Shown here piece by piece: positions 26,173-38,418 of a stretch of 64,000 nucleotides of DNA (position 1 is the first letter of the stretch; each line of letters begins with the position of its first letter). The stretch is from Octopus sinensis. Lineage: Eukaryota. The translations under genes were made by a program, and so were the position numbers. The notes beneath the pieces were generated by a model. The model was given only the letters and a program-made list of their open reading frames with translations. It did no database searches and was not told the origin of the DNA. The stretch is taken from positions 42,470,001-42,534,000 of the forward strand of contig NC_043014.1 of assembly GCF_006345805.1 (NCBI RefSeq). The letters run 5' to 3'.

Positions 26173-26714
26173 CTAATGGCACTTTGCTTTATTGAGCCCA
26201 GAGGGCTATAAAGCAAAGTAGATTTCAACAGGATTTGAACTCAGATTGTAAAGATTTGGACCAAATACTGCAACAGCATTTTGTCCAAAACTCTAATGCT
26301 TCTGTTAGTTTATCGTCTTTGGTAATTGTCTCTTATTTAGACACAAGACTAATAATTTTGAGGGAGGGGTTTTAGTTGGTAACACTGGTCCCAGTACTTC
26401 ACAAGTAGTTTATTTTATCAAACCCCAGAGGGATGAAAGCCAAAAGTTGACCTTGGCAGGACTTAATGTAGAGCACATCGAATAATGAGATCTTTGGTTC
26501 CTAACACATATGTTAAACAAAACAAAAAAAAGACAGGAAGGTCACATCTGGATTACCTTTGATCATAAATCAACCCAATAAGAGCAAAATTGAAGCTAAA
26601 CAATAACTAAAAGCCTTTCTCGAACTCAGACCAGGGTCAGTTACCAAAGTTGTCCCAATCAGCTACAAATTGCTTGTAATCCCTAATTTGAAGCATCAAA
26701 AGTGTAAAGAGCCT

Positions 26715-27340
26715 CTTGTGTGGTAAGAAGCTTGCTTCTGTCCACATGATTCTGGGTTCAAACCCACAACATGGCACCTTGAGCAAGTGTCTTCTACTAT
26801 AGCCTCAGGCTGACCAAAGTCTTGTGAGTGGATTTGGTAGACAGAAACTGAAAGGTGGCGAGCTGGCAGAAACGTTAGCACGCTAGGCGAAATGCTTAGC
26901 GGTATTTCGTCTGCCGCTACGTTCTGAGTTCAAATTCTGCCGATGTCAATTTTGCCTTTCATCCTTTTGGGGTCGATTAAATAAGTACCAATTACGCAGT
27001 GGTGTCGATATAATCAACTTAATCCATTTGTCTGTCCTTGTTTGTCCCCTCTGTATGTAGCCCCTTGTGGGCAGTAAAGAAATAGGAAACTGAAAGAAGC
27101 CTGTCATATGTGTGTGTGCATGTGTGAGTATGTGTGTGTGTGTGTGAGTGTTTGTTGCCCACACATGCTTGAGAACCAGTGTTGGTTTGTTTAATTCTCT
27201 AATTCAACAAAAATGACCGATAGAATAAGTACCAGGCTTTAAAGATAAAAATAAACCCAAGAGTCAATTCTTTCAACTAAAATTTTTCAAGGCATTGCCC
27301 CAGCATGACCGCAGTCTAATGATTGAACACAAGTAAAAGA
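26715..27340 (+). mobile_element. family B SINE interrupted by family A SINE (26853-27085)
   Basis: gaaactgaaag duplicated on both sides of the A copy. Confidence 0.85.
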
Positions 27341-29039
27341 TAAAAGATAAAAAAGCCTTTTATTCTTTGTTTTAGATGCTCTAACAATTCTGCAAATCCG
27401 TCAGCTAAGTATGTTGACAATAATCCTTTCTACCGTAGGCCAAAGACCTGAAAGTTTGTCTGGCATGCCAAGTATTTTGTCTGGCATGCTAACAATTCTA
27501 CAAGCTGACTGCCTTGAATTTGTTGGTAATAATGATGATAATAATGATGATCATAAAGATGACAAGAATGATAACAATGATAATTCTTTCTCAAGGCAAT
27601 GAGCTGGCAGAATCGTTAGCACACCAGGCAAAATGCTTAGCGGTTTTTTTATCTGTCTTTACATTCTGAGTTCAAATCCCACTGAGATTGACTTTGCTTT
27701 TCATCGTTTTGGGGGCTGATAAAATAAGTACCAGTTGAAAACTGGGGTTGATGTAATCTTCTTATCCCCCCACCCCCAAAATTGCTGGTCTTGTACCAAA
27801 ATTTTAAAATTGAAATCAATAATTATTCTTTCTATTATAGGCAGAAGGCCTTAAATCTTTGTAGGGAGAGGTTTAAGCAATTATACTACTGACCCCAGTT
27901 CTCAGTTGCTACTGATTTTATCGACCCTGAAAGAATGAAAGACAATGGAATTTTAGCTCAGATGGAATTTGAACTGAGATGAAATGCCACGAAGCATTAT
28001 GTCAGATGCTCTAACGATTCTTATTTCTTTACTGCCCACAAAGGGCTAAACATAGAGGGAACAAACAAGGACAGACAAAGGGATTAAGTTGATTACATCG
28101 ACCCCAGTAACTGGTACTTATTTAATTGACCCCAAAAAGATGAAAGGCTAAGTCGACCTCGGCGGAATTTGAACTCAGAACGTAGTGGCAGATGAAATAC
28201 TGGTAAGCATTTCGCCCAGCATGCTAACATTTCTGCCAACCTGCCGCCTTACTCTCAAGCACCTACCAGATGCTCTAACGATTCTGTCAGCTCATGACCT
28301 ACATGGCAATAATAATTCTTCCTACTATAGGTACAAAGCCTGAAATTCTATGCAGAGGAGCTAATCAATTACATTGACCCAGAACTCAATGTGAAGGTGC
28401 GTGGTTTAGTGGTTAGGGTGTGGGGCTCATGATTGTAACATTGTGATTTTGATTCCTGGACTGGGCAACGCATTGTGTTCTTGAGCAAAACACTTCATTT
28501 CACATTTCTCTAGTCTGCTTAGCTGGCCAAAAGTGAGTAACCCTGCAACAGTCTGGCATCCTATCCAGGGGAAATATATGTACCAAGGTAACCAGCCCTA
28601 TGAGTCTATATGATTCAAGAAGTGTCTGTCTGTCAACTGGTACTGTTTATATCAAGCCTGAAAGGATGAAAGGCAAGGTTGACCTCGGTGGAATTTGAAC
28701 CCAGAATGTAAAGATATAAAGAGTTGGAAGAAAGGCCACTATTTTGTCTGACATGCTAATGATTCTGCCAGCTCACCACCTTCGTGATAACAATAATAAT
28801 GATTTCAAATTTCGGCACAAGGGTAATTCAGGGAGGGGTTAAGTTGATTACATCAACCCCAGTGTTCAACTGGTACTGATTTTAACAACCCCGAATGGAT
28901 GAAAGGCAAATTTGGCCTCGACAGCATTTGAACTCAGAATGTAAAGATGGGACGAAATACCACAAAGCATTTTGCCTGGCTTGCTAACAATTCTGCCAGC
29001 TCACCAATAATAATTCTTTTTACTGATATAGGTACAAGG

Positions 29040-29918
29040 CCTGAACTTTGGTGGGAGGCAGGGCCAGTCGATTAGATCAGCCCCAGTATGTAAAGGCAAA
29101 GTTAACCTCGGTAGAATTTGAACTCAGAACATAAAGACAGATGAAATGCCTATTTCTTTACTACCCACAAGGGGCTAAACACAGAGAGGACAAACAAGGA
29201 CAGACAAATGGATTAAGTCGATTATATCGACCCCAGTGCATAACTGGTACTTATTTCATCGATCCCGAAAGGATGAAAGGCAAAGTCGACCTCGGCGGAA
29301 TTTGAACTCAGAACGTAACAGCAGATGAAATGCCTATTTCTTTACTACCCACAAGGGGCTAAACACAGAGAGGACAAACAAGGACAGACAAACGGATTAA
29401 GTCGATTATATCAACTCCAGTGCATAACTGGTACTTATTTAATCGATCCCGAAAGGATGAAAGGCAAAGTCGACCTCGGCGGAATTTGAACTCAGAACGT
29501 AACGGCAGATGAAATGCCTGTTTCTTTACTACCCACAAGGGGCTAAACACAGAGGAGACAAATGGATTAAGTCGATTATATCGACACCAGTGCGTAACTG
29601 GTACTTAATTTATCGACCCCCTGAAAGGATGAAAGGCAAAATCGACCTTGGCAGAATTTGAACTCAGAATGTAACGGCAGATGAAATGCCTATTTCTTTA
29701 CTACCCACAAGGGGCTAAACATAGAGGGGACAAACAAAGACAGACAAACGGATTAAGTCGATTATATCGACCCCAGTGCGTAACTGGTACTTAATTTATC
29801 GACCCCGAAAGGATGAAAGGCAAAGTCGACCTCGGCGGAATTTGAACTCAAAACGTAACGGCAGACGAAATACGGCTACGCATTTCGCCCGGCGTGCTAA
29901 CGGTTCTGCCAGCTTGCC
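29040..29918 (-). repeat. head-to-tail tandem array of family A SINE units
   Basis: aaggcaaa marker at 29093, 29277, 29461, 29633, 29817 (periods 184, 184, 172, 184). Confidence 0.92.
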
Positions 29919-29994
29919 ATCAATAATAATGGCAACAATGCTAATAAGGATCACAACAGCAATGATGACAAGAGTGATGACAATGATGATGACA

Positions 29995-30026
<32 letters not shown>

Positions 30027-30179
30027 AACAGTCACGGGAATAATAAATTGGATGATAAGCAATCAGTTGTGAGGTGTTTGAAGCATCAAATTAGTGATTA
30101 CAAAACAGCTCACAGCTGATTGGGACAATTTGGGAAACTGGGTTAGATCTGAATTCTAGAACGAGTTTTTGTTGTCCTT

Positions 30180-31290
30180 ATTTGGCATCAGATTAAGGTG
30201 ACAAGCTACTGGCAGAATTGTTAGCACTCTGGGCCAAATACTTAGCAAGTATTTCGTCTGTCTTTACGTTCTGAGTTCAAATTCTGCCGAGGTCGACTTT
30301 GCCTTTCATTCTTTCGGAGTTGATAATTTAAGTACCAATTGCATAGTGGAGTTGATCAAATTGACTGGGCCCCCTCTCCCCTCAAATTCCAGGCCTTGTG
30401 CCTATAGTAGAAAGGATTATTTGGCATCAGATTAAGGTAGCAAGCTGGCAAGAATTATTAGCACACCAGGTGAAATGCTTAGCAGTATTTCGTCTGCTGC
30501 TACGTTCTGAGTTCAAATTCCGCCGAGGTCGACTTTGCCTTTCATCCTTTCGGGGTTGATAATTTAAGTACCAGTTACATAGTGGGGTTGATCAAATTGA
30601 CTGGGCCCCCTTCCCTCAAATTCCAGGCCTTGTGCCTATAGTAGAAAGGATTATTTGGCATCAGATTAAGGTAGCGAGCTGGCAAGAATTATTAGCACAC
30701 CAGGTGAAATGCTTAGCAGTATTTCGTCTGCTGCTACGTTCTGAGTTCAAATTCCACCGAGGTCGACTTTGCCTTTCATCCTTTCGGGGTCAATTAAATA
30801 AGTACCAGTTATGCACTGGGGTTGATAAAATTGACTTAATCCGTTTGTCTGTCCTTGTTTGTCCTCTCTGTGTTTAGCCCCTTGTGGGTAGTAAAGAAAT
30901 AAGTATTTCACCCGTCGCTATGTTCTGAGTTCAAATTCCACTTAGGTTGACTTTGCCTTTCATCCTTTTAGGGTTGATAAATTAAGTACCAGTAACGCAC
31001 TGGGGTTGATGTTATCGGCTAGTCCTCTCCCCCAAAATTTCAGGCCCTGTGCCTTTAGTAAAAAGGATTATTTGGCACCAGATAAGTTAATGAGTTGGCA
31101 GAATTGTTAGCACAGCAAGCAAAAAGCTTAACAGTATTTCATCCATCTTTACATTCTGAGTTCAAATTCCACTGAGGTCAACTTTGTTTTTCATCCTTTC
31201 GGGGTTGATAGAATAGGTATACCAGCTGAGCACTGAGGGTGATGAAATCGATCTTACCCCATCCTTAAACTTGCTGGCCTTGTGCCAGAA
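30180..31290 (+). repeat. second tandem array of family A SINE units, mostly with an alternative tail
   Basis: atttggcatcagattaagg marker at 30180, 30419, 30653 (periods 239, 234), variant at ~31071; tail caaattccaggccttgtgcctatagtagaaaggatt. Confidence 0.9.
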
Positions 31291-31581
31291 TTTGAAAACA
31301 TTGTTTAACCCCACTTTTGGCAATATTGAGCAGACCTATAATCAAAGACAAACCATCTGTGACCTATATGTTTCTTTTTTTTTTTTCATGTAAAAGAAAT
31401 CCAAGACTATATTATCCAATGAATCCATTTCTAAGATGGCTGGTGCAATTTAAGGGAAATTTAGCTGCTATTTCTAACAAATCATGCAACCACATTGTGA
31501 TTCCTTCATTGATTCATATATGTATGTATGTCCATGTAAACTGGTTTAAATGGCTGCACCAATTTACATTCCTTTACATCT

Positions 31582-31980
31582 AGAGTCTAGAAGCTGGCTA
31601 CCTGCATGGTTCTTGGTCTCAAGCATTTGTCTTATGAAGAAAAACGCTGCTGCCGTGGTGATCTCATTCTCGCTCACAACATCATAAGCGGTAAGTGTAA
31701 CCTCTCGAAAGAGCTGTTCTTCACTCTTGCTCTATCGACGACGATTTCATCTCAATCGAAGGAGAGGGGCTTTCTCCGTCCGGGTTGCAGATCCGTGGAA
31801 TAAGCTGCCGGACGAGATAGTGAAGATGCCGATGACCACTCGGTTCAAAGTCCCTCTTGACCAGAAATGGCCTGAACTCTTTGTATGACCACCCTTCCTG
31901 TACATAACTCCATGTCCCCCTACATGGCATTGCTTTTGCTTTTTGAGCCAATAAAAATTGAATTGAATTGAAAAAAAAAA
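31582..31980 (+). mobile_element. CR1 LINE 3' fragment with two internal deletions
   Basis: MVLGLKHLSYEE...DLILAHNII...WNKLPDEIVKMP; (aattg)n tail; homologous to 33130-33660. Confidence 0.9.
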
Positions 31981-32156
31981 TCTAATAGGAATAACTTAGC
32001 TGTTCAATAAATAGAGATCAATACAATAAGTACCAAACTGAAAAATGTGTTGGGATCAATATAATCAACTAAAATCCTTGAAAGAAGTGTCCCAGCATGG
32101 CTGTTGATTGGATTAAAAGATTAAAAGTATTTGCTATTGTTTAGTGCAGGGTTGTG

Positions 32157-32402
32157 AAGGCGCGTGGCTTAGTGGTTAGGGTGTCAGCATCATGATCGTA
32201 AGATTGTGGTTTTGATTCCTGGACTGGGCGATGCGTTGTGTACTTAAGCAAAACACTTCATTTAACATTGCTCCAGTCCACTCAGCTGGCAAAAATGAGT
32301 AACGCTGCGATGGACTGGTGTCCCGTCCAGCTGGGGAACACATACGCCATAGAAACCGGGAAATCGGGCCCATGAGCCTGGCTAGGCTTTAAAAGGGCGC
32401 AT
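32157..32402 (+). mobile_element. tRNA-headed SINE family E
   Basis: gaaggcgcgtggcttagtggttagg head, aagcaaaacacttcattt core, gctgcgatggactggtgtcccgtccag tail; also 28395-28620 and 48841-49030. Confidence 0.8.
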
Positions 32403-32624
32403 TTATTTATTTTTTTAGTGCAGGGTTAGCCAACCTGAGACCTGCCAGGATGCATGCAGCCTGCAAACTTTTATCTTGGGGCCTGCTTGATACTTTCTTG
32501 AAATGGGTTTATTTAAACAAACATTTTAAAAATTTTATTGAAAATTAAAGATTGTAATGAAAAGTAAAAAAGAAAGATGCTACTGTTTTTGCAAGGATAA
32601 AATTTCATGTTGAACCAACGATCA

Positions 32625-32945
32625 TTCATTCACGAAAACAGCACAGCTCTCATGTCTTTCGGAAGCATTTTTTCACGCTAAGAGTTGCTGACGCATGGAA
32701 CAAACTGCCAGCATCAGTTGTTAGTTGTCGGAGCACTGCATCCTTCAAAACTTCCATGCTTCCTGAGATTCGCCAACACTACACCTGATTTTCTCCCCTC
32801 CATACACACGCAAGCATGTAACTGATTCATATACTGTTCACTCTCCAGACATTTGTACATTACTGCAAACGCTTTATATGCACTCTTGACAAGTTGTGGT
32901 GTACCTGAGCACTGTTTACAATAATTTCGTTATATTATATTATAT
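32625..32945 (+). mobile_element. CR1 LINE 3' fragment of a second family
   Basis: RKQHSSHVFRKHFFTLRVADAWNKLPASVVSCRSTASFK, then 3'UTR and (atatt)n tail. Confidence 0.85.
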
Positions 32946-33129
32946 TGTAATAATAGCACGAGAAAGCAAATTCTTTCAATTGGGTCAGCAGTGCTTTATT
33001 CTCATAGCACACTAATGTACTTTGCAAGTGTTAATTGAGCATCTTTTTTCTATCTTTTAAAACTTATAAGTGGCAATAAAGCAATAACCTACAATTTTAT
33101 AATTTTAAACAAACGAAAAGTATGGAAAA

Positions 33130-33660
33130 TTCTTAAGTTAAGTTAAGTTAAGTTCATTTTTTGGCTCAAAAAGCAAAAAGCAAGGCTATGCAGGGAGACA
33201 TGGAGTTATATACAGGGAGGGTGTTCATGCAAAGAGTTCAGGCCATTTCTGGTCAAGAGGGACCTTGAACCGAGTGGTCATCGGCATCTTCACTATCTCG
33301 TCCGGCAGCTTATTCCACGGATCCGCAACCTGGATGGAGAAAGCCCCTCTCCTTCGATTGAGATGAAATCGTCGCAGGTAGAGCTTTTTGGAGTGACCCC
33401 GCAGCTGACGCTCTGGAGCAGGAGTGAAGAACAGCTCTTTCAAGAGGTTACACTTTCTGCTTATGATGTTGTGAGCAAGAATGAGATCACGGCGTTGTCG
33501 TTTTTCTAGAGAATAAAGGTCGAGCGTCTTTAGCCTTTCTTCATAAGACAAATGCTTGAGACCAAGAACCATGCGGGTAGCCAGCTTCTGGACTCTTTCA
33601 AGGTGATGTATGTCTTTGAGGAGATAAGGAGAAGAGGCTTGAATCTCGTACTCCAATATG
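33130..33660 (-). mobile_element. CR1 LINE ORF2 3' fragment
   Basis: LEYEIQASSPYLLKDIHHLERVQKLATRMV...RGHSKKL...AFSIQVADPWNKLP; (aactt)n tail. Confidence 0.92.
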
Positions 33661-34687
33661 GGTCAAAATTTGATTATCTAACTATTAGTGCATAAAGTAT
33701 ACAAGAGGCCCTCAAAAATCTTTCTGTTATTAAAGTGGCCCGCAGTGTAATTCGAGTTGGCCAGGCCTGGTTTAGTGTTTACCTTCACTTCTTTTGGAGC
33801 AAAGGCTATTGATAACCTTTCTCCAGCTTTCTTAACTCTGGACTATCTTCTCTCCAGCTGGATCCCTGTTTTTCCGTTTGGAATTTGCTTCTATGCATCA
33901 TGTTTCCCTGAGGGAAGGCTGTCCTTTTCCAAATGTTGTTAGTTTTGAATTGTCCTCTATATTTCTCTAACTTTGCTTTTTTCCTTGAGAGGGGTGTTGG
34001 CCCTATACAAACCCATTTTTATCTCTGGGAAGAGGCAATCCATATTAGTCTGGCCTATATCTTTTTATCTGTCCAACATGGGAGGCCCATACCAGGATCT
34101 TATACTCTGCTTGCACAGCTTTCATCGTTGTTGAGACGCACAAAGCACCAGACCACAAGAACTGGGCCCTGTGGTGAATTGTTAAGTTCTAGGTCATCCT
34201 TAAATTGAAACCATTGCAGCAGTGACCATCATAGTCTCTTTCCTAAGTACTGCAAACAAAGAACCATTTTACCCAGCATGTCCTTCTCTTTTCAGATAGT
34301 AGGAAGTGATCTGAAATAAATCTGGCAGCTAATTCTAGCTGGTCAAACAACCTCATAGATACATGTACTCTTAATATAGTTCTCAGGGAAATTCAGCATG
34401 ATACAGAATGTGACAAGGCTGGCCCCTTTGAACTATAGGGTACTACTCATTTTCGCCAGCTGAGTGGTCTGGAGCAACAGGAAATAAAATGTCTTGCTCA
34501 AGGACACAGCACGTTTCTGGGGATTGAACTCATGCCCTTACAATCGTGAGGTGAATACCCTAATCACTAAACTATATGCCTTCACAGTGGATATGTAGGA
34601 TTTCGGTATGTGGTGTTGGCAGTCGGTGTTATGGGAGCTTGTGGTGTCAGTGGAGAGGACGACAAATGAGGTGGGCAGAAGTAGGTA

Positions 34688-34930
34688 GGAGAGTCCAGTT
34701 TGCTGGACATTGTTGTAGAGCTGAAAACGAGGCAATTTCTACTCTTCTCCTCTGGAAGCCATCTGCTCGCAATACCAGAGGGCGCACACTCTCCTACCCT
34801 GATGTAATCTCCAGGGATACAGGCATCCAGCAACAGGACCTCTGTAATGCTATGATGGACCGTGAAGTCTGGCGTAGCATGGTAAATTCCATTGTCTCGA
34901 CCACGGTCAAACAATGATGATGATGATGAG
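34688..34930 (+). mobile_element. RTE LINE 3' fragment
   Basis: FAGHCCRAENEAISTLLLWKPS...LSYPDVISRDTG...AMMDREVWRSMV followed by (tga)n. Confidence 0.85.
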
Positions 34931-35974
34931 GGCTTGCAGGGGCCGGTGGAAGACTGGAGGGCGCATGTGCGGGGGGGAAGCAGAAGCGGTCAAGCGGGAC
35001 GCACGTGTGGCGATCGAGGAAGCGGGCAGTTCGAGCATAGACAGATGAGGAAGCGACAGGATGTGTCGAATTTGTAAGAGACCTCTGATCTTCGCCGAGG
35101 TAAGGCCTGTTTGTATTTCTTTCCCCTTTTTCTTCTGTTGTCCTCTTCATCCATCACACTACACAGTATCTAAATCAGGTGGTGTTTCCCCCAGGGGGTG
35201 GGGGCACTGGGTATGTCAAAGGTAGAATTAGACTTTCGGGGATGATGAGGAGACAATGAAGTAACGCAATCAACATATTAAATTTTACCTGTTGTAGTAA
35301 TCATATTATACATGATAAAACTAGTTATGGCTATAAAAATAAAATGAGAGATAAATATAGGCACAGGAGGGGCTGTGTGGTAAGTAGCTTGCTAACCAAC
35401 CACATGGTTCCGGGTTCAGTCCCACTGCGTGGCATCTTGGGCAAGTGTCTTCTACTATAGCCCCGGGCCGACCAATGCCTTGTGAGTGGGTTTGGTAGAC
35501 GGAAACTGAAAGAAGCCTGTCGTATATATATATATATAAGTGTGTGTGTATATGTTTGTGTGTCTGTGTTTGTCCCCCTAGCATTGCTTGACAACCGATG
35601 CTGGTGTGTTTACGTCCCCGTCACTTAGCGGTTCGGCAAAAGAGACCGATAGGATAAGTACTGGGCTTACAAAGAATAAGTCCTGGGGTCGATTTGCTCG
35701 ACTAAAGGCGGTGCTCCAGCATGGCTGCAGTCAAATGACTGAAACAAGTAAAAGAGTAAAAGAGAGTAAAGAGTATATATTATAGATAAAAACGTGTTTG
35801 AACAAGAGTAATTCATCTTTAATGTTATATTGCTGTCTTGATTGGTGTTTTCCAGGTGTGCAATTTTGCTTGTTTCCTTTGTATATTGCAATCTCCATCA
35901 TATTTTGTATAGTGATGTAATTATATATACACAATTGTTGTGTATGTTACCTTTTTAAAAATTTAGAATGTGTG

Positions 35975-36130
35975 GGGAAAAATAAAGTATAGTCAATACT
36001 CGTGTGAATATTTGAAATATGGATTTATTCCATCTATGAATAATGAGCAACTGTTACTGTGTTTAATATGTGAAAAAAAACGTTCTCAAATGAAGCAACG
36101 AAGCCTTCGAGAATGATTAAACATTTATGA
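35975..36130 (+). mobile_element. hAT (Buster/Charlie, ZBED5-like) transposase N-terminal remnant
   Basis: QYSCEYLKYGFIPS...LCLICEK-FSNEATKPSRMIKHL matches the Buster-group Y-L-K-x-G-F ... C-x2-C ... SNEAMKPS motif. Confidence 0.85.
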
Positions 36131-37155
36131 AGGATACCAGCAGATGAAGGCAGAAAAAAGATGTTAAGCTAGTATAGTCGTGATACCTGAGACATCACTT
36201 AGGTGGGTGCCAGGCATAACAACTGCTTAAAAAGGGCTGCTACAAGAAAAAAAAAAAAAAGGGCTGAGATTCACTGATCTAATGTGACCTTTTCTAATGT
36301 GAGATGGTAGCTATGGATTGAAAATGATTAGGCTGCTATTTCTAGCAGGTCAAGGAAGCACATAGAAGTGCTGTCTAATGATGACAATCTCTGTGATGAC
36401 AACAGCAATACTCATGACAATAAAAATCTGTACCACTATAGGCACAAAGCCTGAAATTTGGGGGAAGGGGATGGTCAGTTACATTGACCCCAGTATGCAA
36501 CTGGTACATAATTCTTCATCTCTTAAATATAGAACTGTATTCTTTCCTATTGTTCTTGGCTTTTGTGCTAAGAAAATTTATGTAAATCAATTCACTTGTA
36601 ACCTTAAAGCAGATAGGAAATGGAAAGTCCTTTGTTTAGCTTCATCTAATTTAGTAAGAAAAAATATAAATACAGAACCCAGATTCTCTTTTGTACCTCT
36701 TTCACTGTGTGCCAGCCCCAAAGAGCACACGTCTATTTTTCTGCTTTCACTTATGGCTTGTCACTGTGTGACAACACATATTTCCCTTCCTCTACCTGTC
36801 AACACAGAGGTAAATTCTTTTACTTTTTCTCTCCCTCCTTTTTACATAAATCTTCTAGCAGTCAACAGAAGATGAATTTAACTTCCTATGAGATGTACAA
36901 TAGAGCTAAAAATAATCTGTGTACAACAACAATTTGAAGAAGTTGCTTCCTACATTGTAACAAATAAATAAAAGACCATAACAGTTAATATTTTTGGCTG
37001 TGTGGTAAGTAGCTTGCTAACCAACCACATGGTTCCGGGTTCAGTCCCACTGCATGGCATCTTGGGCAAGTGTCTTCTGCTATAGGCCCAGGCCGACCAA
37101 TGCCTTGTGAGTAGATTTGGTAGACAGAAACTGAAAGAAGCCTGTTGTATATATG

Positions 37156-37188
<33 letters not shown>

Positions 37189-37798
37189 TTGTGTGTCTGT
37201 GTTTGTCCCCCTAGCATTGCTTGACAACTGATGCTGGTGTGTTTACGTCCCCGTCACTTAGCGGTTCGGCAAAAGAGTCTGAGAGAATAAGTACTGGGCT
37301 TACAAAGAATAAGTCCCGGGGTCGATTTTCTCAGCTAAAGGCGGTGCTCCAGCATGGCCGCAGTCAAATGACTGAAACAAGTAAAAGATTAAAAGAGTAA
37401 AGAGAGTATATACTACACTCATGGAGTGGTTGGCATTAGGAAGGGCATCCAGCTGTTCTTTGCTTGAGAATACAATGTATTATCTGGTTCACAAATTGAG
37501 CCCATGATTTTATGATCATGATCCAAACAACCTAACCATTTGGCCAAGTGCCTTTCACAGTCTTGTCAATGATTTAACCCAGGAGGAACCTCCCCCAGCT
37601 GGCTGTCAATGCAATCTGCATCTGATATATATTGCAAGCAGGGGAGAAGATCGCTGGCATCTTCTTGCAAACGATGGGACCATCAAACAATATGGTTTTG
37701 AGCTATTTGTGCTCGTCCTCAAGGGTGAACACCCATCTGCTAGAAATAGCAGCAATCTGCTCCAGCTTGCAATATACAGAAAAATATATACATTTATG

Positions 37799-37843
<45 letters not shown>

Positions 37844-37849
37844 CTCTCT

Positions 37850-38202
37850 CTATCCGTTTAGTCAAAGTCGACTCTCAGTCACTCGTTGGATCAGTGTCCT
37901 CCAATCAGTTCTATCCTGGGCCGCTTTCTTCAGACTGGCCATGTCCATTCCGGTATCACTCCTGATGGTGTCAAGCCAGCGGGTTCTTGGTCAGCCTCTT
38001 CCTCTCTTGCCACTGACCATTTCGAGCATGATGTCCTTCTCCAGCGATTTTCTCCGCATAATGTGACCGAAATGTGCCAATCTACGCTTGGTGATCCCAG
38101 CTTCTAATGACATTTTTGGCCTTATCTGCTTCAGAACTTCTCCATTGATGAGCCTCGCTGTCCATGGAATCCGCAAAAGTCTTCTCCAACACCAAAGCTC
38201 AA

Positions 38203-38203
<1 letters not shown>
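37850..38203 (-). mobile_element. BovB-like RTE LINE 3' fragment
   Basis: [17 protein letters not shown]...[17 protein letters not shown]...GKRGRG*PRTRWLD...DRTDWR...VTESR, closely following the BovB C-terminus. Confidence 0.9.
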
Positions 38204-38244
<41 letters not shown>

Positions 38245-38305
38245 TATACATATATGTATATATGTATGTATATATATATATTATATATATATATATATAT
38301 ACATA

Positions 38306-38362
<57 letters not shown>

Positions 38363-38366
38363 TATA

Positions 38367-38417
<51 letters not shown>

Positions 38418-38418
<1 letters not shown>

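Noticed and set aside
34926-35165. Solo LTR
   Set aside because: GC-rich patch with only a 5-bp TGATG/CATCA end match, the left one within a (TGA)n tail; no TSD or second copy.
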